This document shows, in pieces, positions 25,090-37,199 of a stretch of 64,000 nucleotides of DNA (within the stretch, counting starts at the first letter, position 1; each line of letters opens with the position of its first letter). This DNA is from Camelus dromedarius (taxonomy: Eukaryota). The notes beneath the pieces are model-generated. The model was not told where the DNA came from, searched no databases, and saw nothing but the letters and a program-made list of their open reading frames with translations. The position numbers and the translations under genes were made by a program. Location: NCBI RefSeq assembly GCF_036321535.1, contig NC_087438.1, positions 2,978,001 through 3,042,000 on the forward strand, read 5' to 3'.

Positions 25090-25830
25090 GGGGCTGCAGG
25101 GAGTCACTGCAGCGCAGGAAGAGGAGGGGAAGGGGCCTGAGCTGTAATCGGGGTGACAGGTGATGGGGCCGATACCACCCGAGTGGCTGCCGGGTCGTGA
25201 TGGAGACAAGCAGGAAGTGTAAGAAATACACAGAAGGGGATGTCACCAGAGCTGTTGGGTGATTGAATGAGAGGGTGAGAGCGGGGAATCGGGGTCAGTC
25301 CTGAATCTCCGACCTGGAAAGCTGCCTGGTGCCAAGCCTTAAACAAGGACGGTGCAGTGAGGCTCCGGGGGTGGAAGCTGGAGAAGGGGATGACTCTGGT
25401 TCTGGACCTGGGGTGCCTCAGCCAGCAGGTCAGGCAACCCTGGGGCAGGCCAAAAGTGTTGGCTGGATGGGGAGGGGGCTGGGATGGGGAGGGAGGTTCG
25501 TGAGGCACCATCCAAGAAAGGGCGTTGAAGCCACAGAGGTGGGCAAGGACACTCAGAAACAGCTTGTGAGCAGACAACAGGAGTGCCCTGGGCAGGGTGG
25601 GGGATGCAGACATTTGCAGGACGGCAGGAATGAGAGCCACTGGACCTGGGGTAGGGGCCAGATGTGTCAAAACTAAACTGGGGCATGTCAAGAGTCACAG
25701 CGAAGAAGGGAAGGCTGACAGTACCAAGTGCCACTGAGAGCCAGATGAGTCAAGTAGCGAGAAGAGGTCCCTGGATTATTCAAAGGGAGTTCGTCATGGA
25801 ACAGCTCGCCAGACTGGCGGAGGCTGAGAA
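25090..25830 (-). mobile_element. L2 LINE fragment
   Basis: GA-rich antisense L2 wording (ggtgattgaatgagagggtgagagcggggaatcggggtcagtcctga; agatgagtcaagtagcgagaagaggtccctggatt). Confidence 0.6.
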
Positions 25831-27449
25831 GTGGATAAGATAAAGACATTCGGAATCTCTACGTCTACACCTCTGCTTGCATGTGTCTACACCAACCTGT
25901 GTGTGTCTGATCTGTAGTGACATCGCCTGTGCCCACGTCAGCGTCTGATTCTGCATCTGCATCCAGCCCGTGTCCCCGTCCACACCCCCCTCCAGAACTG
26001 CAGGTGGACTGCTGACTGGTTCCCTCGCGGCGGATAAATGCTTCAGTCTGGACGCAGAGACAACACCGTCATTGGTATTATTAATACTCGTGTTTCTCCT
26101 TGGTTGTTTATTCTGTTTTTTTCTTTTTCTCTGTTTCCATCTTACAGTCAAATTCGTCCTCTGAGCCAGAGAACAGGGTTCACATTCTGAATATTGCAAA
26201 TCAGCCTCATTCCAGACTCCACCCTCATTCCCTATCTTTATTCTCAGCCTACCTACAGTTTCTCAATTATCTGAAATTTATTTTAACAAGCAAACAGCGT
26301 GTGCTTTTAAACCACATTCAGTGTGATTCATTGAATGCACTGCTAATACTAGCTGATGTCATCAGCCCCAAATGTGTGTTAGGTGGGACACACTAAAAGC
26401 GGTGCATCTCTCTCTCAGGTACAGTTCTTGGCAGGTGACCCTACCAGGCAGCAGCCTGTGTTCCAAGCAGCGACCCCCACACCTTCATCACATGTGTCCG
26501 TCCGGGCTTGTTGGTCTCTCCTGACGGCGGATAGAGGAGAAGGAATACAAATGCAGGGTGAGATGTCCCATGTGGGGCCCTGGGTCCCGTGCCCGACATG
26601 CCCCAGGCTCCACTGCATAAGCGTGAGGCCTCCATCACAGAACAGTCTCAAGTCCTCCTTCGTGGGTGGCAGACGTGGCAGCACCCCAGTCATAAAGCCA
26701 CTGTTTCACAGGAGAATCAGAGTGATAAGGCAGTACAGAGTCCCAGCTAAGTACACCAGGAATCTTTCCTTATGAAAGTAAAGACTGAGCAATGATACAA
26801 TCAAGTGACACAGTGATGAAGCCAAGAGTCCACGGAGTGGAGGGCTGTCAGAGGAGGAGGGCAGCTCTTGAAGTGGGAAAAACTACTTTCCCCAAATGAA
26901 AGAAAACACCCCTGTGACCAGCGGGCAGCTGGTGAGTGAAACTCCATTCTCCTCAAGAGGTTTTCAGGATTTCAAGCCCTCAAGGTCAGAAAATGTGGCA
27001 ATTCATGGCGTTAATTCATAAGTGTTGCGTTAAAATGGAGTATTCTCAAGAGAAAAGAAGGGGATCTCTTGAGTCCTTCATTTGACGTCACAACTTACTG
27101 TTCTGGGAGGTACACAGAGGCTCTTGCCTGGGCAGGATGCCTGAACCTAGACTTCGTTTTTCCATCAGTTGCAAATTCAACATTTACGTATCCTGTTTAT
27201 TGTGTTGCATCTTGCTAAAACAGAATCTGAAAGTTATGTGCACAAACATATGATGTATATATTGAAGAACACCTGCTTCTTGCATGGGGAGCTTACATGT
27301 CACAAAGCAGCACGCCTTCCCAGTCTCACTCATACACGGAATGACATCTTAATAGTGTTCCACTGGCATTTTAAAAAACACATCAAACATTATTCTAAAG
27401 CTTATCAAAAAAAAAAGAAGCATACAAAAATGGGGATGAGCATTAAAAA

Positions 27450-28250
27450 AAGGAAAGTAGAAAGAGTATGACATGACTTTCTGGATACTAAAATACATTT
27501 TTAAAGCTAAATAATTAAAATGTTAGGATCCAGAATAGTCGCAGCAATAGATGGCGAGATTAGAGGAATTGAATGAGAATCTAAAAACAGACCCAATTTG
27601 TACACAGATCTAATATTTGACAGAAATGGCCTTTCAGCTCTGGGGAAAATGTGAACTTTCAATAAATGATGTTCATTCAACTGACAAATATTTTTAAAAA
27701 AATTAATGTAGAAACCTCCTCATTCCTTAAGTGGAAAAAAGTTCCAAGTGAAAACACAGAAATTTTGTATTTTATGTTCTACATTAAAAACAAAAAGAAC
27801 AAAAATTATATATCAGGTGCATATTATAGCTCAGTCAATATGTGTTAAAATAATTCAAACATACGCTCTTAGAGTAATGGTAGATAATCTAGTAAAGACC
27901 TAGAATTATACCCTCCTTCAAACATAAAAAATATGGGGAAATACATAATACTTATGTACGGGAGAAATAACTAAAGCAAAGTTAAAAGAGAAGCGGGGAA
28001 CTGAAAAGCAACAAACAACAAAGATTCACCAACCAGTTTCTAAAATGTTCTTACTGATTTTAACAGAAAACTCACATGTCAATACCAGCAAAAGGAAACG
28101 GGGAAAGAACAGCAGACAGTGATTCACAAGGGAAAAAACAGACATGTAAGTGGACAAAGCATTTGTGGAAAGACATTTCATCCTAGAGGTAACCATAAAA
28201 ATGCAAATGAAAATAAAGAGAGATGTTTTGGGTTTATGTTAGCAAAGGTT
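27450..28250 (+). mobile_element. Ancient L1 ORF2 3' fragments
   Basis: gagaatctaaaaacagaccca..ctaatatttgacagaaatggc..tttcaataaatgatgtt; cataaaaatgcaaatgaaaa. Confidence 0.65.
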
Positions 28251-28268
28251 AAAAATGGTAGAAAAAAA

Positions 28269-29320
28269 AGAAAAGTTTGTTTAAGTCTTCTGCCCATTTT
28301 TTGACTGAGTTATTTGTGTTTTTATTATTTAAAAATGAGCAGAAGACTTAAACAAACATTTCTCCGATGAAGACATACAAATAGACATACGAAAAAAAAA
28401 ATGACCAATTCCACTAATTATCAGATAAATGAAAATCAAAACTATAATGAGGTATCACCTCACACCAGTCAGAATGACCATCATTAAAAAATCCACAAAT
28501 GACAAATGCTGGAGAGGGTGTGGAGAAAAGGGGAACCCTCCTACACTGCTGGAGGGAATGCAGTTTGCTGCAGCCATTATGGAAACAGTACAGAGATTCC
28601 TCAAGAAACTAAAAATAGACTTACCATATGATCCAGCAACCTCTCTCCTGGGCATGAATCTGGAGGGAAATCTAATTCAAAAAGACACCTGCACCCCAAT
28701 GTTCATAGCAGCACCATTTACAATAGCCAAGACATGGAAGCAACCTAAATGTCCATCAACAGGTGACTGAATAAAGGATATGTAGTGTATGTATGTGTGT
28801 GTGTATATACACACATACACACGCATATGCATAAAATGGACTATTACTCAGCCATAAAAAAAGAATAAAATAATGCCATTTGCAGCAACATGGATGGACT
28901 TAAAGATCATCCATCTAAGTGAAGTAAGCCAGAAAGAGAAAGAAAAACACCATATGATTTCACTTATATGTAGAATCTTAAAAAAAGACACAAACAAACT
29001 TATTTACAAAACAGAGACAGACTCACAGACATAGAAAACAACTTATGGTTACCAGGGAGGAAAGGGGATTGGGAGAAATAAATTGGGAGTTTGGGATGTG
29101 CAGATGTTAACCACCATATAGAAAATAGATAAACAACAAGGTCCTACTGCACAGCACAGGGAACTATATTCAATACTTTGTAATAGCCTACAGTGAAAAA
29201 GAACATGAAAAGGAATATATATGTATGTATATAATCTTTTGAATATTTATATAAAACTGAATCACTGTGCTGTGCACTAGAAATTAACACATTGTAAATC
29301 AACTATACTTCAATAAAAAA
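28269..29320 (+). mobile_element. Young L1 3' portion with short 5' inversion and target-site duplication
   Basis: ORF 28429-28770 (MKIKTIMRYHLTPVRMTIIKKSTNDKCWRGCGEKG..PYDPA..KTWKQPKCPS) is the L1 ORF2p C-terminus, followed by the 3' UTR. The flanking duplication aaaaatggta(g/a)aaaaaaa starts at 28251 and 29316. Confidence 0.95.
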
Positions 29321-31039
29321 TGGTAAAAAAAACACAAGAATGTTAAGGATAATTTCATTTATAAAAAAATTCAGTGCCAATTATTCGGGCACTGGGCGAG
29401 TTTTGGAAAGACTGAAAAAAATGTACCATGTGTTAGAAATGAGCACGTGCGGCTTCTAACAGGGACACACATTTGAATGGCTTTCTGGAACATAGTTTTA
29501 GAGACATCAAGGGTGGAAAACCTAAGCTTGAGCAGTTGTCCTTCTGGGAATGGATTCTAACAAAACACTCACAGGTAAGTTCATCACAGCTTCGGTTGAC
29601 ACATGAAGAAAAAGAAAGAGACTTAAAAAAATAAAGAATTGTAATCATAATAAACACTCATTGATAAAACGATTTCCTAACTAAATTCAATTATACACCA
29701 TCCTTAAAATGCAACTAGATGCAGCCATTAAATGAAAGTCACAGGTTTTTTGTAACAATTGAACCATATATGTGGGACACTAGTTAATAAGTGACTGTGT
29801 GTTAGCAAGTGCCTACATGGCACGCCTCTGTCTGTGGGCGTCGGCGTGGGCAGACTACCGAGTGTGACCCGCACCAGCGTGAACAGACACACTGCGGAGC
29901 TGCGCTTCACCGCATGTGGGCAAACAGGGCTTTCAGAAAGAGGACAAATGTGCTTCCCTGTAACAGATACCAAAAAAAGGAAGAAAAGAAAGTAACATTT
30001 TCCTTTCAGTAGCTTAGTTTTGTCACCTTGAGCCCATACGGTCAACGTGTGTGATGGTCGGGCTGGGCTGCCCGGGAGCCTGTAAGTGGTACCCAGATCA
30101 CCCCGGTGGACTGTGCGAGTCTATCTTTTTTGAGGGGAGTGAAACTCTCTTCTGAGAAAAACGCCCTTCTTTTAATCTTCTGAATGTAAACTTTCAAATC
30201 TGGGAGGAAAAAAAGTCATGGACTCAAGACAGCAGAGCGCAGGTGCGTGACAGTTAGCGGCTTTGGGATAAGAGAGACGGGGCACCCCCCACCGGGGAGG
30301 AAGTGCCAGCTCCCCACAGCTGACTGCGAGATGGTCCACGAGGACGTCGGTCTGGGTTGTCCTCCTCTGAGAATGACCTGCAGGCGCGTGTGAGAAGGTG
30401 TCAGGAAGGAGCGTCTGGGGACCGGTCTCTGCGTGGATCCCACCTGACCACCCGCGTCTTGACTACCCACCACTTCTCGGTCGAAAATCATTTTTAGTAA
30501 AACAGTAAGGAAGTGTCTGGAATGACACTGACGAGTGTCACGAGGGGAACCGATTTAGATCGCTGGTGAACTTGACGCATGAGTTTGAATACACAGAATC
30601 ATAGGGGAAAAGGCTCTAGGAAACAGACTACGGCCCCACAAACAGCTTCACGGCTTTGAGGCCCCTTACGTGCTGTGTAATTATCTTCAGATTACAACCC
30701 TGCTTCAAACTGGTATTCTTTCTGTTATAACATTTCTATCCAACAGAAATTTGTTCACAATTACATTCAGGTTTAGTTAAATAGCATAATTGTCTTTAGG
30801 AAATAAAAATCGGCTTCACAGAGCAGATGTCTCCAGGGCCCCAAACTTGAGGGCTGGAAGAATTGTTTGAATATTACCAAGAAGCACTGCTGAAAGGGAG
30901 GGCCGCTGTCCAGAGCCACGGGGCTGGCCCAGATGTGCCCGAGGTCTCTGAGGGGTTCTGGGCTCCAGGAGGAAGGCTGACAGCACGGGGTCCACACACC
31001 CCACCTCACAGGCTCTGACCACATGGCAGACACTTGTTT

Positions 31040-31280
31040 AAGAGCAAGCTACTTACCCTCTCCCTGCAAATGACTCTGCCTCTCTGTTCTTCAGTTTCCT
31101 TGTCTGCGCAGCATAGGAGAAGTGGCTACAATAGCAATCATTGCTATTACTGTCGTCATTGTCACTGTTGTTATTATTATTATACTGTTTACCTTATGGG
31201 ACTGCGATGCAGACTAGAGGAGATGGGACGTCGGATGAGCTCACATAAGTGATACTGACTTATCGTAGGCAAAATCATAC
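31040..31280 (+). mobile_element. MIR SINE (diverged, with expanded low-complexity middle)
   Basis: gcctctctgttcttcagtttccttgtctg..tttaccttatgggactgcgatgcagactagaggagat. Confidence 0.55.
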
Positions 31281-33019
31281 AGGTGTTCAAGTGTTGCTAA
31301 ATGTTTTAAAAAGATAATTATATTAAAAAAAAAAGATCCTATTTTTGGACTACCTGGCTCAAAAAATCTAACTCTAGGAAAATTTCTGGTAAAATCCTAA
31401 CCACCTTCCTGGGAGCACTTTGCCAGACTCGCAGGCGCAGAGCAAGGCGGTGAACTAGCCGCTTGGGTTTTACAGATTATAGTTGAAAACTGATAAAACC
31501 GCAGGCTTGTTGAATTTTGTGGCTTGTTCCAATGGGCTTCTTCCCCTTGAGTTTCATGTCTAGACGACACCATCTCCTGTGGTTCCAAAGCTGATGGAGA
31601 GCTTGGCCCATGGGACAGAAATCAGAGAATCAAGCCAATTCCACCCGGGGAAGAGTTCATGCAAAACAGGACCCCAGGCAGGCCCCGGGCCGGACGCAGG
31701 CCAGGCCTTTCCTCCGCCTCCAGAGTCCCTCTTCCACAGGGGGTTCCCGCAAGTGCTTCCATCATAGCATCTGAATGTCGCTAACAACGAGCGGCTGTTG
31801 TTAAACAGCAACACACGCTGTTCCTCGCACTCATCACAGAGCTTTGTGAGGCTGACGTCACAATCTCTAGCAACCACAAGAGACCACCGATTACTGGAGA
31901 AGTTTGTTCTAAATTTTGTACCATCCGAAGGGTGCAGCCTGGGCTGCAAAGCGGGCTTTATGATGTAAGTCACTTCCCACTTTGCTGCCAAAGAGCTCTC
32001 GTGCTTTGACATCCAAGAATGTTCTGAGTCTTTCGATTCCAGTCGTTTATTGTTGTTGATGAGTTTCCTTGACATTGTCGTGGATCCCGTGACGACCTCG
32101 CAGGAACCGGAATTCTGTAGAAGTCAGCAAAATGATCGTCACTCGGAGCCATAATTTCCCTGATTTCCATAAAAAGAATTATTCAACAGATGACATATTT
32201 TAAAATGTTTTTAAGGAGTTTTAAAAGTCTGTCAGGCCAGATTACCTATGAAAATACGATCATTGTTTTAATCTAAGAAAAACCGTGTGTTGAACTGCTG
32301 ATGTCTCCAAAAGAGGTGATCATCAAGATATTTTTTTCCTACAAAGCAGCAAATATAGGGATGCCTTGGTGAATTTTGAGCTCTGTTAACCCTACTGGAT
32401 GCTTGAGAATGTTTGGGCATCAGTAGCTTGTCAAATAGGAACACTGAGATTAAAGCTTTAAGATTTAACCCTCAGATTAAAGCATCCTTCAGAGGATTGG
32501 CTAGAAAAAAGCAGAACATATTGTTTTGATATTTTGTGAAATAGTCAATCAAACAATGCACAGTTTGGGGGTGACTTTGTGCCCCATCCAGCATGGTGCA
32601 CTGTAAGGTCTCACTGCCGCCAGGGCTCCCGTCTCTGGGATGTGTCCCCGGGTCTCCCTCCCTGACCTGTCAGAGGATGGGGCACATCCTAACGCAGGTG
32701 GTTGAGTAGCTGGGCCAGGAAACAGTGTTGGGGACACAGGACAGGGGATGTCATCTCTTCCTAACACTGCGGCTTTACCCGACAATGTGTGAATGAGGAG
32801 GAATTTCACACCCTCTTTGGCGAGGAAAAATAACACAGAGTCATTCTGTGCTGGGAGGGTAATGTGTCCTGACGGGACCCAGGAGAAGGCTGGGCAGTGG
32901 GCTCCCTCCCTCACCTGTGACCTTGAAATGCTGCGGGAAAGCTGGAGAGAAAAGCAATTTCATCTTTGAAATTACCCACCACTGTCCTCATTCATCTTGA
33001 TAAGCACTTTTAAGGAACC

Positions 33020-33066
33020 AAAAAAAAAAAAAAAAAAGAGAGAGAGAGAGGGAGGGAGGGAGGGAG
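33020..33066. repeat. Compound purine tract: A18, (GA)n, (GGGA)4
   Basis: Read directly. Confidence 0.95.
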
Positions 33067-33548
33067 ATGTGTTGCTTCTATAAGGGTTATGGAGACCTTC
33101 CTTCCAGAGTCGTTTTAAAGTAATTTTAGATGTTCAAAGATGCACTTGATTTCTATTGTGAGGCTAAATTGACCACTTTTAGGAGATTGGAAAAAAGAAG
33201 GAAGAAAAGGACAGACACCAAAGAAGAAAGAGTGGGAGAAAATGGATTGAAAAATAAAATGATTTTGGATCCCATGTTTAAAACAAATTTAAAAAGAATA
33301 GTTATGAAATGAACTGTACTCTGGAATGTGCTGTCAGCCATCACTGTGTGTTGACTCAACAGATGTTTTCATTAATGATTGGTCACTGTTTAAATGATCC
33401 TCCAGAAACACTATGTCAATGAACACATGTTACCAAATGCTGGTAATAATAGGTTAAATAAGGGAATTAATACTGTGATGACAACATTAAGACATGAAAT
33501 AATTTTCTCATCAAAAAATAACTAAGTATAAATTTTGAAATGTATTCT

Positions 33549-33973
33549 TTTTTTAACATTTTTATTGATTTATAATCATTTTACAATGTCATGTCAAGTT
33601 CCAGTGTAGAGCACAGTTTTTCAGTTACACATGAACATGTATACATTTATTGTCACATTTTTTTATTCTGGGATCTACCATAGATCTTGTATATATTTCC
33701 CTGTGCTATACAGTATAATCTTGTTTATCTATTCTACAATTCTGAAATCCCATCTATCCCTTCCCACCCTCCACCCCCTTGGCAACCACAAGTTTGTATT
33801 CTATGTCTATGAGTCTGTTTCTGTTTTGTATTTATGCTTTTGTTTTGTTTTTTAGATTCCACATATGAGCGATCTCATATGGTATTTTTCTTTCTCTTTC
33901 TGGCTTACTTCACTTAGAATGACATTCTCCAGGAGCATCTATGTTGCTGCAAATGGCGTTACGTTGTCGGTTA
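33549..33973 (-). mobile_element. Young 5'-truncated L1 with 11-bp TSD
   Basis: T-run, then ttttattga, an antisense 3' UTR and the ORF2 end (ctggcttacttcacttagaatgac). TSD aaatgtattct at 33538-33548 and 33974-33984. Confidence 0.95.
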
Positions 33974-36928
33974 AAATGTATTCTGATTATGACATTTATT
34001 TAAACATAAAGCTACCATCTGTTTTGTCCTCATATGTCCAATTGTGTTAACTTTGTGTGTGTGTGTAGCCTTTGTGTTGAGAATAACCTCTATCGGTCAC
34101 CAGTGTAATGACCAAGTCCTTAACCCCCACGGGGCTTGGGCCTCTCCCCAGCCCGCAAAGTAATGGCTGCCTTCCACAAAATCCACTCTCCTCCCCAAGG
34201 TCTGGAGAGCTTCCACTGTGATAGGAATAGTCCTTCCCTCTTCGGAATCCAGCACTTGATAATGCCCCCTCCCCCGTTATCACAAGCGCTTCCTGTGAAA
34301 AAAAAAGCGAGAGCTAAGGTTTGAAGCCCAAGAGGAAGCCACGCCAGGCAGGAACGAAGAGCGAGGGCAGCAGGACTCGGGTGGGAAGGGGAGTGTCTCC
34401 TGCTGCCGGAGCAAGAGCCGGCGGTGCTGGGCGAGGAGGATCCAGGCGAGCCCGGGACTCACGCTGAGCCCAGGAGAACATCAACACCCAGAACCCCCAC
34501 CGTCTCTAAGAAGGAAGGCCACGGGGCTGTGTTAGGACGTTCCTAGCGGTGAGCAGGTGGCCTTCAAACACCATCCTTTTCTTCACTGAGGACCCCGTCA
34601 GGAGCGTTACTGGAAGGAACCGCGTGGCCTCGCCACGGTTAACAGCCACGCAGAACCCAGGGTGACAACTCCCCAGAATCTGCCCCTGCCCGGCACCACC
34701 TTGTCCCGTGCTTGAGGGGGTGGGGAACACGGTCTGTGAGGGCTGCACGTGAGAGACAGCGATAGAGAACAAAGCTCCCGCTGGGCATTGGAGTCTTCAA
34801 CCGCGTGTACAGAGCCAGGAGGGGGGCGGGTCTTCTCCCAGCAAGGCTGTCCTGTCTCCAGGCGCTTCCTGCCTGCACCTCAGTGACAGCCCTTCGCCTG
34901 TGGTGCCCACGTCGGGGGCACGTTTGCACACGTGAGTTTGCTGTCCAGACACAGAAAGGCCCTCATGCCACGGCCAGGAGGGCAGGAGGGTGTTCATGTC
35001 ACCAACAGGCTGGTCAACAACATCTCAGAGAAATGGGGGTCTGTGAGCGCACCAGCCCGACTTCCTGCGTGCTGGTGCGTCCCTGAACCTTCCACCTCCA
35101 GAGGGCGTCCTCATGAGCTTGGAGAGAACGCAACGTCATTTTCGCAGATTGCTACACGGATCCTTCCTCCACCAGACACAAGCTTTGGGATTTGGGGCAA
35201 ACTACAAACCCCTTTACTCTCTCTTCTTATTTTTGCACAGGAGGGATGAACATGGTAGATACCACGCCAGGTCCTATAGGTGTGAAATGTTTGGGATGAT
35301 GTGTGATGTGGGTTCACGCTAAGAGCATCGCTGTTTCTCTTACAGGGATACACAACCCAGAAAAACCCCTTGCATGAGAAAATTGCTCCTGATTCCATCT
35401 TCTCACACTCAGAACTTCGAGTGCAATGCTGGAACAGCTGCAGCCAAGGTAAAGACCGCTGCGATCAGGTTAACCACAGCTGGGGTGGGGGAACTCAGGC
35501 ACGTGAGCGGTTTGTCCCACCGTGTTTTGACATCCGCAATCCAAACGCTCCACCTCCTTCATCTACTGGCATCCGTTACTCCGTGAGGGAGTGCGTGTGC
35601 GTGTGTGCCGATACATGTACACACATTCACTCTAGAGGTTGTGGATTCACTACTCAAAAATGTTTACTTGAATTTAATCAGCTGTTTCATTCAGTCCTGT
35701 CTTGTCTGCTTCAAGGACTTTAGATTTGAACTGAGAAGGAGAACATTTGCTGGAATTCACCTAAGGAGAACAGACACCCTTCAGAAACACGGGGAGTGGG
35801 GGGCGTGGGATTAAGGTCCAGCGTGCAGGAGGGCGCAGCTGACGCAGTAAGGAAAAGGTGCAGCCTTCGGCCGCTCCCCTGCTTACTCTGGGAATTCCCC
35901 AGTTGCTTTGTCTGAGATTACTTTTGGCACCTCCAAATTTCCAAGAAAATCTCCCCCCAGGAGCAAAATAACGAGTGCTATTTACTGTTAGGGGAGAATT
36001 TACTTTGTCTTTGAAGCTAATTATCCTTTTGAAAATGTAGGGAGCCACTCTCTCTTTTAAAATCACTGAGAACGCCTTCCAAGATCTCTAGATTTGCATG
36101 GTTTACAGATGGCAGACATCCACTGATGAGTAACTCATGCTACAATTAAGAGTCTCAAATGTGAAGAGCAGATTCTTTCACTCTTAGAGTCCTGAAGCTG
36201 GTGAGACAAGCTCTTTGTTAGTTGAAAGAGGAGATAATCTATACTGTAGATTGAATTCAAGAGATTTAGGGAAAAAGCTGACTTATTGGGTACTGGGTCT
36301 TAACTTAATATTCCTAGAGCAGGATTAACACTCAAGGGGATATTTTCAATAATATTTAAAAATTAAGTTCTCCACTTAAGTTACTCATGAATTAACTCAT
36401 CTTGGTAAATGATTAAAGTCAGAAGGTATTGAGTATTTGATTTCAGGAAAAACTCAGCAAGTGTGCACAACGTATGAAACAAGATTATTACTAATGATTT
36501 GACCTTGTGTTGTATTCCTGTGCCACTAATGCAGACCTTCACTCAAAGTGGGGTTTAACTGTTGCAGGGGCACAGAAGTGACTTGGAGGGTGTACCAGTG
36601 GACGAGAATAGACTTGCCTGTGCAGACTGGATGTTGGAGACGTGTGGTGTAAGGAGCGGGAACAAGTGTGTGGGATCGGGGCGCCACAGCTGAGTGCCAC
36701 TGACGGCCCGTTGGGAGACAAAGGACAGTGGAGGGAGAGTCAGCCAGACAGGTCCTTTGATTTCAGACAAGGCACCTGTCATCTCTTGGAGGAGAGGAAC
36801 GGAAAATGCTAAAGACTAAGTCCTGGACCTAATAATTTGTCTACACTTCAAAAAAGTTCCAACATCCAACCACAGTTATTCTGGGTTGCCAAGTTAGGGC
36901 CCTGGTTGGAAAAATCTGGGACCCCGGC

Positions 36929-37135
36929 TGTCTTGAGTCAACTCAAGCTGCAGTTACAAAATATCACAGGCTGGGTGACGTAAATAGCACAGGGCAGCTT
37001 GTCACAGTTCTTCAGGCTGGAAGTCCACCCCAAGGCGTTGGCCAGTTTTGTTCCTGGTGCGGCTCTCTTCCTGGTTTTCCGTTGGCCGCCTCCTTGCTGT
37101 GTCCTCGTGTGGTCTTTCCTCAGTGTGTGCAAGGT
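36929..37135 (-). mobile_element. MaLR LTR fragment, MLT1A-like
   Basis: tgtcttgagtc..gctgcagttacaaaatatcacaggctgggtg..cacagttcttcaggctggaagtcca..ttgctgtgtcctcgtgtgg. Confidence 0.8.
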
Positions 37136-37199
37136 CACTGCCTTGACCTTGACCTGTTACAGTGATGGCATCATGTGGATCAGACCAGGTGAGCAACAG

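Noticed and set aside
25104..25691. 195-aa minus-strand ORF, the longest in the track
   Set aside because: It lies in degraded L2-like sequence, has low-complexity composition and no recognisable domain.
27820..27840. tatagctcag, resembling a tRNA/SINE A-box
   Set aside because: No B-box or SINE body follows.
28429..28770. ORF with clear protein similarity (also 129-425 and 38501-38761)
   Set aside because: These are L1 ORF2p C-terminal remnants in truncated elements, not host genes.
31560..32170. 171-aa and 66-aa minus-strand ORFs in unique sequence
   Set aside because: No recognisable homology and no convincing splice-site pair. A BLASTX or PhyloCSF check would be needed to revive them.
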